NCBI GenBank assembly: GCA_963733195.1
Contig: CAVTCR010000065.1
Span: 64,001 to 128,000, forward strand
Source: an uncultured delta proteobacterium
Lineage (GTDB): Bacteria; Desulfobacterota; Binatia; Bin18
Reading direction: 5' to 3'
Length of the DNA: 64,000 bases
Part shown: one piece after another, positions 51,501 to 63,709 of the stretch
Numbering within the stretch: the first letter of the stretch is position 1
Layout of the letters: every line of letters starts with the position of its first letter
Notes under the pieces: generated by a model
Told to the model about the DNA's origin: nothing
Database searches by the model: none
Seen by the model: only the letters and a program-made list of their open reading frames with translations
Position numbers and translations under genes: made by a program

Positions 51501-53875
51501 AACGCTAGTTCATACTGTTGCTCCCAAGCGTCTTCCGGTAACAACTCCAGACCAGATTGGAAATACCTGAAGGCGGGCTCGTAGGCTGCTGCCGCTTTTG
51601 CTTTCTTCCCAGCCGTCAAGTTTAAGGCCGCCAGTTCATTTTGCTGCCAGGGGTGTCGTATCGACTCTCTCCCTGAGTTCAGATGGTTAGCAATCAGAAA
51701 AATCTTTGCCTCCTGCTCGTCTTGTGAAGTTCGGCGCAAGAGCAGTTGCCCACCTGCCAGTGAACCGCTTGCTTATCCGCTGAGGGAATGAGGGAATACA
51801 CTGCTTGCTGAATACGGTCATGGGCAAACTTGTACTCCACCGAGACTTCATCAAAGAGCCCCTGTACGTCAAGGCCTGCCAATGTGTACGCATCACCAAG
51901 AGGGAGAACGAACCCGTCTGCGAGGGCTGGCCACAGCTCCGTGGCGGTCTCCGAGAACGACTTTTCATAGACAGTGGCGAGGGTGCGCAGATCGAACTGG
52001 TTGCCTAGGCATGCCGCCAGCTTCAGTACCTCTTGCGTCTCTACGCCGAGTTTTTGTACCTTGCCAACCATCAATTCGACGACATTGTCGGTGATATTCT
52101 GTGCACGAATGTGCGCCACATCCCACTGCCACTCACGCCTCTGGGTATCGAAGGCGAGGAGTTCCGCTGTGGAAAGCGATTTGAGAAACTCAGCGACGAA
52201 GAAGGGATTCCCAGCAGTTTTGGCCAGCACCAGTTCCGCCAATGGTGTAGCCTTTTCTGGCGGACAGGTCAGGGTGTCAGCAATGAACTGCTGGAGGTGC
52301 GGGAGGTCTAACGGGCCTAGGGCAATATGATTGACCATTCCTCCCTCTTTGCGAATGTCGTTCACCGTCAACTGTACTGGGTGGGCTTCTGTCACCTCGT
52401 TATCGCGGTAGGCGCAGATGACAAAGAGATAGGAATTCTCCGCGTGCGGTCAGCAAAAGTTGCAAGAGGTGTAACGACGCACTGTCAGCCCACTGCAGAT
52501 CGTCGAGAAAAAGGATCAACGGCCGGTCAGGTCCGGTAAACACGCGGACAAAATTCTGGAAGGCCAGGTGCAAGCGATTTTGCGCTTCTGCTGGTGGGCG
52601 GGGGGAATCGCAGGCTGTGGCCCAACAATCAGTTCAACTTCAGGGATGACATCAATTACAACCTGGAGGTTAGGCCCAAGGGCGACAATCAAGGCATTTT
52701 TCCAAGCAGTGATCTGCTCCTCACTTTCTGTTAGGATCTGTTGGACCAGAGCGCGAAAGGCTTGGGCCAAAGCGGCGTACGGAATGTTTCTCTGGAATTG
52801 ATCAAATTTCCCCGCAATGAAATATCCACGTTGCTGTGCCATGGGTCGGTACACTTCCCGCACTAGGGCGGTTTTGCCGACACCCGCAGAACCGGACACC
52901 AACATAAGCTCACGAGCGCCCTGGCTGACGCGGGTAAACGCTCTCACTAAGGTATCGATATCTTGCTCGCGCCCGTACAGCCTTTGCGGAATCTGGAGTT
53001 GCGCTCTTACTTCCTGCTGACCAAGCGAGAAAGCAACAATCTCTCCTGTCGTTTGCCATTGCCGCAGGCATTCCTGCAAATCGGCAATGAGTCCAGGGGC
53101 CGATTGATACCGATCCTCAGCATTCTTCGCTAACAGCTTCATCACAACCGCAGAGAGAGGAAGGGGAATCTCTGGTACCAATTCATGCGGTGGGGGTGGC
53201 TGCTGCGCAATATGCGCATGGACAAGGGCAAGTGCATCCGTCCCGAGAAAAGGCACGCGACCGGTCAGTAACTCATAGAGTGTGACACCTAGCGAGTAGA
53301 AGTCAGTACGATAATCCACCACGCGATTCATGCGTCCAGTTTGCTCTGGCGACATGTAGGCAAGCGTTCCTTCTAAACCAGTAGGGTGTTGGAAAGGGGA
53401 ATTTTCGCGACTGAGCTGCGTAGCAATGCCGAAGTCGATCAACTTGAGCTGCCCCGTTTGCAGATTTAGCACGAAATTCGTAGGATTCACGTCTTTGTGG
53501 ATCACCTGCTGCTGGTGCACTTGCTCAACAATATCGATAAGCTGGATTGCTAGAGGCAGGAGCGTCGTGAGGGGAACTCGACCATTCCGTAGAAGCTGCA
53601 CCAGCGACTCGCCGCCGAAATCTTCTAATACCATGACTGGACGATGCTGGTCAGCGGTGAGCTCGTAGGCGCGAATGACTCCTGGCAGTTGGAGGCTGCA
53701 GAGCAACTGGTATTCGCGCCGAAAAGCGGCGAGCTTTCGTGGCGAGGGGTATTCTTCTCTAAGCGTTTTGAGAATGACAAACTGCGGCTCTGCTTCCTTG
53801 CGCACGGTAGATGAGCGAGAAGCGACTCTCATAGATTTTTTCCTTAACCTGACAAACCGCAATAGTCGTGATCAT
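48553..53875 (-). CDS. Ser/Thr kinase - AAA ATPase - TPR - GAF - histidine kinase, copy 2 (frameshifted, about 1770 aa)
   Basis: [84 protein letters not shown]. Confidence 0.93.
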
Positions 53876-53949
53876 TGTTGGGATCTCGCGCCTGTTGCAA
53901 TCCTATGCTCGACGAAGCGACATGGTCTGATGACCTTATAAACCGTTAC

Positions 53950-54082
53950 TATTCACTCTACAAACAATATATTAAAGCTCGACGCGGTCTATCAGTTGCG
54001 TTGCGCTTCGGCCCGGCCTTATGCAGCGTGCGACAGTGGTGCACAATCACCTCACCGGCCAAGACCGGACACGCAACAGCTG
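53950..54082 (-). pseudogene. 3' remnant of a PhyH dioxygenase gene
   Basis: Manual translation AVACPVLAGEVIVHHCRTLHKAGPKRNATDRPRRALIY matches AVACPVAAGEAIVHHCRTLHSAGPNKTDKPRRALVV at 59.9 kb. Confidence 0.88.
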
Positions 54083-54170
54083 AGTCTCCACCCCCCGCCG
54101 TTCGTGCGCATGGCGCACGCTACGAGGGACAGGCCAATGGAGCACCTGTACGAATCTCGTGTGGTCTGAT

Positions 54171-54546
54171 TTAGGGACCGGGACTCGCCCCGAGAAACTG
54201 GGTCAGTTTCTCGAACAACAGTTCTTCGTCGAGTGGTTTACTGAGGTAGTCATCGCAACCGGCCTGTCGGGCTTTTTCCTCGTCCCCCCGCATCGCATGT
54301 GAGGACAGGGCGATAATCGGGATATGCTGTAGCGTCGGGTCGGCTTTGATCCGGCGGGTGGCTTCCCAGCCATCGAGAACTGGCAATGAGAGGTCCATGA
54401 TAATCAGGTCCGGGATGTTCACGTTCGGCTGACGTGATCCCGGCTGCTCCATCATTAGCAGTGAGGACTTCGTAGTTATCCTCTAAAAGCTGCACCAGGA
54501 GGTCCCGATTAAAATCTACGTCTTCGACAATCAGAATCCGTTTCAT
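54171..54546 (-). CDS. single-domain response regulator, copy 1 (frameshifted)
   Basis: [23 protein letters not shown] + PDLIIMDLSLPVLDG..DDYLSKP. Confidence 0.93.
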
Positions 54547-57500
54547 TAGTCCGCACTTTCTGCACAGCGATTTCTTGCGGCTTTCGGTAGACGAGCGGAA
54601 TCGTAACGGTAAATGTCGAACCTTTTCCAGGCTCACTCTCTACCGTAATTGATCCGCCCAGCAGTACAGCCCACCGTTTGGCAATCGGCAATCCCAGCCC
54701 CGTGCCTTGGCGTTCCTGCGCATCCCGGGGTAATTGTTTGAACTCTTCGAAGATATCCTCAAGAGCCTCGGCGGCGATGCCGACCCCGGTGTCGGCAACG
54801 GCAATCACGAGCCTTGCTTCGCCGCGCGCCTGCTCTACTTGCCGCGCACGAACCACCACCTCGCCAGCTTCGGTAAACTTAATCGCGTTGCTCAAGAGGT
54901 TGAGCACGATCTGTCGGAGTCCGTCTTCGTCCGTATATGCTTCCCTGACCTCGTCGGAAACCTCATGCCGCAGTTGCACCCCCGACCCGACAAGGGGAGA
55001 CACCGTCTCACAACATGTCTGAATGAAGCGGTTGACATCGAAAGATTCAGGACGCACCTCCATCCGCCCCGCTTCGATCTTCGAGAGATCCAGAAGATCG
55101 TTGATAAGATTGAGCAGGTGGTCGGCGCTCTCTTTGACTTTGACCAGATTGTCCCGCTGACGCTCTGGGAGCACATCTCCGGTCCGCCGCAAGACGAGGC
55201 GAGTGAAACCGATAATGGCATTCATCGGCGTGCGTAGCTGGTGCGACATCCCAGCCAGGAACTGCGATTTCCGTCGGGTCACTTCCATGACCTGCTGATT
55301 GGCCATCTCCAGTTCCCAGTTCTTCTCCTCCAACGCCCGTGTCCGTTCTTCGACCTTCTGTTCCAGGGTCTTACTGTAATCTGCTAACTGCGCGTTAGTC
55401 TCTTCGAGACTTCCGTACAGACGGGCATTCTCGATCGCAATCGCTGCCTCAGCACCTAACAGGTGCAAAACTTCCAACCGATCAGGGGTAAAAGCTCCCG
55501 TGGTCAGATTGTTCTCCAGATACAGAAGGCCGGTGAGTTTGCCCTGTGCGATAAGGGGCGTGCATAAGATAGATTTTGGTTGTACCGCACTAATGTACGG
55601 ATCAGTTGCGAATCTTGCTTCCTTTGTTGCATCAGTCAAGACAACCTGCTCCTTCATTCTTTCGACGTAACGAAGAATGGCAAGCGGCAAGTCGTTCTGC
55701 GTTTCCACTGGAACAGATTGCAGGGTTTGTACTTCGCTGCGGTCAATCGCCTTTTCGGCTTCGATGACCAACTGTCCATCTTTTTCGAGGATAAGAACAC
55801 CTCTTTGCGCCCCCGCATTTTCAATCATGAGGGTCATCAATTTAGTAAGAAGTTTATCCAGGTGGATCTCACTCGAAATAGCCTGCGAGGCGTGAAGGAT
55901 ACTGGTGAAGTCGAAAGCGTTTGACAGCCGTTGCTCGGTACTTGTAGTAAACATGCCCCCTCCAGATTGAGAAAAACTTGGGCTACTGTGAGCAAGAAAT
56001 TGCGGATAGCGGGTCTCTAAGTCTTTGACCTTCGCCAGCGCTCCCCAGCGCATGTAGGCATAACGAGCATCGTGCAGATAATGCTGGGCAATCGGCTCTT
56101 GGCCTCTGGCCAGATAAAATTTGCCGCCAGTTCATTGGCCAAGGCTTCTTCGTTAACGTACTCATGTTTCTTGCGCCAGATCGATGGCTTGGTCATAGTA
56201 TTCTCTGGCATCCCGTCATTGCCCAAGACCCGTGCACGTTCGGCTTCCACCAGATAGAATTTATGCAGAAAGTTCATCGGGGCGTGCTGCGCCCAGTTCT
56301 TCATTTTCTCCTGATCAGCAGTGACCTGTGTGAGAACGTCTCTTGTCGGATACCGGAAGGTCAGACAATATGGCCAATCTCGCTAAAGAACTATGAAATA
56401 GAGACGGGAACGTATGGCCGTCCCCGGCACTCCCTCTAAATAATTTTCTGCTTTATCGGCATGGGCAATGCTTGAGGAAATCGTGAAACATATAACACAG
56501 CATCAATTTGTGGAGTAAATTAGGGATAGCGCATTCCTGTTATTTGCTTCACAGAAGAAGTGGAAGTTTCGTTTCCTCATTGTAGTTGTCGCCGATCAAT
56601 CGACAGGAGTCTGAGACAGGGGTGGTAAATTCAAGACAATTTGATGGTGCAGGGAAATTAAATTAGAGACAGTTTCCTGCTTCAGTTGATCCGCAATCTC
56701 ACTGTATTTCGATATGCTATGTTCTAGCTCTGCCAATTTCTCACCGCTCCAATACGCCTTGAAAGCAATAGTCGAACGCCGCCTGGGTCCAATACTTACA
56801 TCCCCTGTCTCTAAAGCAATTCTGTATGCCTCGAGTGAAGGTTTTAAGGTATCTCTAACATGTCTTTCCAAAGTCTGACAAACCCGTTGACCATAAATAT
56901 AGCACTCGCTTGGATCTCTTTGGCATTGAATCGCTCCCCAAGGGTCAAAGCGAGTTGACCAAACGATAGCCGTGTCAATATCTCCCAGCGATCGTAGATA
57001 AAATAAACCCGTAAGAAGCATACGCTCGGGCCGAATGGGTGTATTGCCATACCACCGATAATTTGACTACGTACACACAATGAGGGGAAAGAGATCAGGC
57101 GCGCCAATGTAGGCGGGGTGAAACAGTCGCATCAGGATCTTCATTGCTGCCAATTGATAGGGATCTGTCATCTCGGGTAGATTGAATAGGTCTTCGATTT
57201 TTTTCCGACCAAAGCTCGCTGTGTTTCCTCCAACCTTGAAAATATCTTCTTGGCTCGGTTTTTCAGGAAGCTGTATCCCCAACAATTCCAAGACCTGTAG
57301 ACCGACTCTAATTCCCTCTTGTTTATCCTGTATAGCATAAGTGGCATAGACGTATCTCGTACACTTTCACTTTGTCGAGCAGAGTTTTGGCTTGTTGCAG
57401 GACAACATCAGTCAATCGCTCCATCTGCTCATAGTCGCCGACAAGGTAGGCTGCTTCCGCCGCCTCGGTATGAAGTGCCAGGGCCAGGTCGTACTGTCGC

Positions 57501-59836
57501 TCCCAGGTATCTTCCCCTAACAGACTCAAGCCAACCTGGAGATAATCGAGGGCCGGCCCATATGCCGCTTCTGCCTTTGCCTTTCTGCCGGCTATGAGAT
57601 TGAGCTCTGCTAACTCATCCTGCCTTGCCTGTTGGCGAGCCAATCGCGTCCCAGATTGAGATGGTTAACAATAGCAAAGATCTTTTGCTCGCGATCGTCT
57701 GCTACACATTCTGCAGGAGCAGTTGACCTATTTGCCAGTGTACACCCTGTTTGTCCGCGTCGGGAACAAGGGAATAGGCGGCGTGTTGGATTCGGTCATG
57801 GGAAAACTGGTACTCAACCGTCACTTTCTCCGCCAACCCTTGAACATCGAGATTCATGAGCATGTAGGCACTCCCCAGAGGCGAGACCAAACCTTCTTCC
57901 ATCGCATCCCACAAATCAGCCGCGGTTTCTCTAGCAGAATGCTCATACACGATTGCGAGCGTTTGCAGGTCAAACTGATTACCCATACACGCTGCTAACT
58001 TCAAGAACTGTTGTGTTTGCTGCCGAGCTTTTGCATCTTTCCGCCATTAGTTCGACGACATTATCGGTTATATGTTGCGCCCGAATATGCGCGAAGTCCC
58101 ACCGCCACTCACGCTGGAAATCGAACGTCAATAGCCCCTCAGTGTAAAGCGATTTCAAGAACGCATGACAAAAAAAGGATTCCCGTCGGTCTTGGCGAGC
58201 ACCAATTCTGCCAACGGACGGCCTCCTCTTTGGTGCACTTGAGTGAGTCAGCAATCAACTGACACACGTCAGGAATCCAGCGGTTGCAGAACAATATGAT
58301 TCACAACCTGCCCGCCTTTCTGAATCTCGTCGAGCGTAATTTCAACGGATGGGCTTCGTCACTTCGTTATCCCGATACGCACCGATAACAAACAGATAAT
58401 GGTTTTCCGGCGCAGTCATAAAGGGTCGAAGCAGATTCAGCGAAGCAGAGTCGGCCCATTGCAAATCGTCGAGGAAGAGTACAAACGGACGTTCGTCCTG
58501 TAAACACGCGAATGAAGTTCTGGAACACCAGGGTAAAGCGATTTTGCGCCTCTGCCGGAGGAAGGCGGCACGGCCGGCTGCGGGCCAACAATCAGTGCGA
58601 TTTCAGGAACGAGGCCAACCATAACCTGACGATTCGGTCCGAGTGCGGCGAGCAGTTTCTCTCGCCACGCGGCAATCTGACTCGCTTTCTGTTAATAGCT
58701 GCCGCATCAGAGACCGAAAGGCCTGCGTTAACGGTGCATAAGGAATTTCTTGTGGAATTGATCGAATTTGCCTGTGATAAAGTACCCTCGCTGTCGTGTA
58801 ATTGGCTTATAGACTTCCTGCACCAAGGTGGATTTGCCAATGCCAGCGTGTCCGGAAACAAGCATCATTTCGCCGGCTCCCTGGCTGACGCGCGCAAAAG
58901 CGGTCAGGAGTGTCTAATATCTCGTTCGCGTCCGTACAGCTTTTGCGGGATACGAAATTGGTCCGCACGTCCTGCCCGCCAAGCGGAAAGAGATCAATCG
59001 CCCTCTCGCTTGCCGTTGCCGATGCATTCCTCTAGGTCTGCCTTCAGGCCATACGCCGACTGGTAGCGATCTTCGGCATTCTTCGCCATCAGTTTCATCA
59101 CGATAGCGGAGAGAAGCTTGAGGAATGTCAGGGAGGAGCTCGTGGGGTGCACGAGGTTGCTTGGCGAGATGGGCGTGCATGAGTTCCAATGCATCGACGG
59201 TCGGAAAGGGTAATTGTCCTGTCAGCAATTCATAGAAACTGACACCGAGCGAATATAAATCGGTCCGATAGTCCATGGTCCGGTTCATACGCCCGGTTTG
59301 CTCCGGCGAGATGTATGCTAACGTTCCTTCCCCTACCGTCGGGTTACGCACGATCTGGATTTTCGCGTGACAGGACTGTGGCAATACCAAAGTCGATCAG
59401 TTTGACTTGGTCCGTTTGCGGATTCCACACGATATTGGAGGGATTCACATCTTATGCATCACATGCTGCTGATGCACGTGGCTCAAAATGTCAGCGATCT
59501 GAATGGCCAGCGGGAAGAAACTCGGCTGGCAGGGAATCGTCTTTGTCTCTTCTTCAGATGCAGTTCGAGCGACTCACCGCCAAAATCCTCTAGCACCATG
59601 ACGGGACGGTGCTGATCAGTTGTCAGGCTATAGGCGTTGATGACCCCTTCCAGTCGAAAGCTCCGGGTCAGTTCGTACTCCCGTCTGAACCAGGCAACTT
59701 TTTCCGGCGGAGGGTAGGGCTGTTTCAGGATTTTAAGGATGACGGACTGCTCTTCCTCCTCCCGACGACCGCGATAGATGAGCGAGTGTTCACTCTCATA
59801 GATCTGTTCCTGAACATGGTAGCCTGCGATAAGCAT
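54546..59836 (-). CDS. Ser/Thr kinase - AAA ATPase - TPR - GAF - histidine kinase, copy 1 (heavily frameshifted)
   Basis: [67 protein letters not shown]. Confidence 0.9.
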
Positions 59837-59872
59837 GGGTATCTCTCGGACCCTCGACTGGCTGCGATCTTT

Positions 59873-60554
59873 CTAGCAGTCTCCTATCACTTGACAGACG
59901 ACCACTAATGCTCGACGAGGCTTATCAGTCTTATTAGGCCCGGCAGAATGTAAGGTGCGACAGTGATGAACGATAGCCTCGCCAGCCGCCACCGGACAGG
60001 CGACAGCTTCCGAGAATTCGACATTCTCTGCCACAAGATGATCATCATGGGGATGATGCGGGAGGACGTCTCCCAAATGCGAGCGCCCTATGTAAGAGAG
60101 ACAACCTACTTTCGGACGTTGCAGGGTCTAATGGCATCCATACACTAGCGCCGTGATACGGAGGTGGACGATACGCGGCGTCTTGGTGCCAGGGAGTCTC
60201 ACTGCCGTGGGCTGGTTTGCAGAATATGCGCCATCCATTGAGAAGGTGTGTTTCCTCGACGTCGAGAAGACGTGCAACCGCCTTGCGTGCGTTCCGCAAG
60301 AAGAGCGTACTTTTCAATGCAGGAACCACTCCTTCGGGTGACAGAATTGCTACCAAGGCAGGAGGTGGGTGTCCACCAAGCAAAAGAGTTAACTCCTCCG
60401 GAGTATACCCTTTCCTCTGCTTGCAAATCATATCGTAGGCATCTTTAAGCCACGCAAGTTCCTGGTCAGTGGTGACGCGACCGAGGTTGAGGAATCCCTG
60501 TTCTTGGAAACAACGGACGTGTTCATCTCTTAAGTCAATACAGGCGTCTTCCAT
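59873..60554 (-). CDS. phytanoyl-CoA dioxygenase (PhyH)-family Fe(II)/2OG dioxygenase (one frameshift)
   Basis: FQEQGFL..KPAHG.ETPWHQDAAY..VWMPLD..GEAIVHHCRTLHSAGPN..RRA (HxD...H triad). Confidence 0.93.
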
Positions 60555-60602
60555 GTTCCGTCGTCTCCTTATTCCTGTGGGCTAAGGTCTGCATGTGAAC
60601 GA

Positions 60603-62874
60603 CTAGAAAAAAAAGTGCCGAGGGTTCAACTGGTCTTCGGCCAAGGGGTTGCACCCGCCAGCCCATTTGTACAGGCACCTCATAGAGTCGGCCACGAGCA
60701 AACCGAGGCCAAAAGTGTCGTAACCCTGGAACAATAACCTTTACGACATGAAGTCCAATGTCCGGTCGGGTCTGGTCCAATACCAGTGTTTCAAGCCCTT
60801 TCTGTGCGGCACTCCCTACGCAGGTCATTACATCCACATAGAGATCATCAGTCCACTGCCGAGGATAGTCACGCTGTTTCTTCGGAGCCAAAGTCTCGTC
60901 AGGCATCAAATAGGGTTGGTTTTCGCGGGTAGCAGTTTTCCACCATGAAATCGCCTCGGGGTCAGCGGACAGATATTGTCCGTCTTGTGCAGGCGAGCAA
61001 GGGGACACAGCCGGCAGCAATTGATTCACTTCCGTCAGGGCGCGAAGAAGAGCGATGTATGGGTCAAAGTGAGTACCGAACCCCAAAAGAATGTCTTCAA
61101 CCTCCTTATCGTTTCGGCGTGAGATCGCGGCAAAGGCGGGGATGTTGAAATCGCTTGTGATATCCAGCACCCACAAGTCGCGATGTAGTATCTTGTAATA
61201 GTCTTGCAGTTCCTGGAAGTATGGTTCGGAAAAACTGGAAAGATCTACCGCCGGTTTTTGTAAGCGGTTGTACCACCATAACGCGACACAATCACGCTCT
61301 ATGAGTTCCATGAAGCCCTGGAGTATGGCTTCTTCTTTGCTGTGGCCAGCGGCGCATCCGTTTGAATCTGCACGGGCGAACCAACTATAGTGCTTTCGCG
61401 AATACCCGTAGTAGCAGTAAGCGGTTGGAACGTAACGCGGTTCGCCATGGGTCAGCGACCACACTGGACTCCACTCGATCTCTTGAGCATCCTCAAAGGG
61501 CTCTGGCACCCAACTCGACGGAGAGCCAATCGCATTCCAGGCTTTACGATCCTTCAACTGGGTCTCACTAAAAAGCATACAGTCACGAGGATGGATAGCC
61601 GCGCCGCCGAAATCTTTGAGCCTGGCGCAGAATACGGGCTTCGTCACCCTGAAAGACACCCGAGTAGCGTTCAATGGCTTCACATAAGGCACTGGCTTTG
61701 GCTTGGCTAGAATCCTGCCCTTGCCGGCTGAAGCATCACGCAAAGTTGCCTGAAGAAAATCCATGTCCCAGGTGTAATCTTTCGACGCATGAATAAAATT
61801 ATGACCCGTGACATAGGACAGCACCAAGCCATGCTCTCCCATCCATGGTGTAGTCGGCTGAATCGTGTGCACGATGCCAGAGATGGACTAATGTGATGCT
61901 CAAGCTTCTTGAGTGTTTCTTCAGGGGAAAGGGTGCGATGTCCACCGTCAATGGTAAACACCTTCTTCCGGCTTTGCAGTATTATTGGCGCAGCTTGTCC
62001 AGATGCAAAAGCGGTCGGATCGCCACAGTGCGAGCACTGAGATCGTCGTACCACTGTATGACTACGTCGTGCCAACGAAAAAGAAGGTTGACAGAAACAA
62101 CATGACTTTCGAGGTCTTCATTTCGTCCACGAACAATCCACTTGGCCGTCTCGGTTGCAGCGATGTTAAGCGCCGTGTGGATCGTTGGAAGGGAGAGCTG
62201 CCACAGCGCGAGCCATTGGGGGAGCAACATTCAACTTTTCTTGTACATAGCTTTCGACTTTACGAGCCCCGCGGAGCCGGTGGGCAAGGCACGCCCAACA
62301 GGCTGTCTTGCTGGAAGAAAGAGCGGCCCTAGCCACACCTCTGTCCCCACCGGTTTGACTAACAACCACGGGCGGTCACTGGCGAGAGCTTGTCGGTTGA
62401 ATGTCTCCAAATCTGGGTGCAGGTAATCCTTGGTGAGAACGACCCAGTATTCCCCATTGTCCACGACTCGAACACCGAGTGACGTCAGAATCGTACGGAA
62501 GGGAAGAGGATCGATGTCGCCACAGGAGATAACGGAGACAGGCACTTCCTGCAGACGCCTGGCAGCCTTTTCTGCGCCCCCATCAAACATGTCCCAGAAG
62601 GCCGCTTGCTCCAAGGGGAGAGACAGGGGTTCATCAACAAGATAACCCCTGCTACGTAACCTCATGAGGGCCGAGAAGATCTCCGAGGCAGGAAACTCAT
62701 CCTGTAGGCGATTGATGATCTCATCGACCATGTGTTGACCGTTGAGAAGTGGCACCAGATAAGTGTACACGCCGCTGCGAAGCGGGACGTGTCCCTGTTC
62801 CGACAAGAGAACACGCCTTCTCCAGGAACAATCGCCCAACGAAACCACGGCTTGAATTGCGGTCGGGGGATCAT
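60603..62874 (-). CDS. TOMM cyclodehydratase, fused RRE/E1-like + YcaO (frameshifted)
   Basis: N-terminal wHTH/RRE (LVPLLNGQH..LMRLRSRGYL), PWLLVKPVGTEVWLGPLF..CWACLAHRL, DGGHR, AGKG..AKASALCEAIERYS, SNGCAAG..EEAILQGFMELIERD, VKVIVPGLRHFW..GRLYEVP..LNPRHFFF*. Confidence 0.95.
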
Positions 62875-62938
62875 GGCTTCTCGGCTCCGTCGTCTTCTCA
62901 TAGCCAAACCGCCGAAAAGATCTATGCTCTCCGCGGGG

Positions 62939-63236
62939 TCAGCAGGTCAGCCGAAGAAAGAACTTAAAAAGAAGCGCTGCTGTACCATCTATGATACTTA
63001 GGAGCTGAGCATCAGAAAAATCGCGAGGGAGCAGGCGGATTAAACAATCTCAAAAAGACTATCAAGTAAGTAATATCAACATTAGCGAGATTTAATATTG
63101 CGGCGCATTTTCTTTGACCGCTTCATTGGGATCTGTCTCGAATAGGTCTTTGAAAGACGCATCGTTGTCAAGCTTGACTACTTCACCAGATAAACGCATA
63201 TATTCGACCCCAATCGTCTGGCTTTATCGCTGTCAT
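62939..63236 (-). CDS. NHLP/TOMM-like precursor peptide B (stitched across indels)
   Basis: GGGAG RBS. MTAIKPDDWGRIYAFIW..DNDASFKDLFETDPNEAV..DFSDAQLLSIIDGTAALLFKFFLRLTC*. Directly upstream of YcaO. Confidence 0.65.
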
Positions 63237-63299
63237 AATCGAGTCTCCCTGTGAAAAATAGCAAATTACTGACCTAACTGAACCAAGCGCATTAAGACT

Positions 63300-63662
63300 T
63301 TCTACAAATAGCTCTCTTAAAGTAGAGCTACTTGCCCTATACCGTACCAGAAAGACCTCAGGGGACTTCTTCAGCTCATTATGCAGTATTGATTTGCCGT
63401 TCATGATAATGGCCAAAAGCTGGGGGCAGTCATCTGGCTAAATTTCGTCTCTCCTTGCGCGAAAATATCGTCTTCATAGAACTCTATGTTGGGGATCACA
63501 GGATGAGGAAGAGGCCCGCCGAATTGCCCCTGAATCTGCCGATATGCTAGAAGCGGGTCGGTTTCGAGTTTCACTTTGAAGGAAGGATCTGTGCCAGCCT
63601 CCCGTAATAGCCTTGGCCCATGCTCGGGCCCAATACTTTCTCTCTAGGTCTCCGTTTGCCAT
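63300..63662 (-). CDS. NHLP/TOMM-like precursor peptide A (3' end uncertain)
   Basis: AAAGGAG RBS. MANGDLERKYWARAWAKA..EAGTDPSFKVKLETDPLLAY..MTAPQLLAIIMNG. Paralogous to precursor B. Confidence 0.6.
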
Positions 63663-63709
63663 AGCTCTTCTCCTTTCTTCCGCTAGGTTTCATCGCCTAT
63701 GGGCCGACA

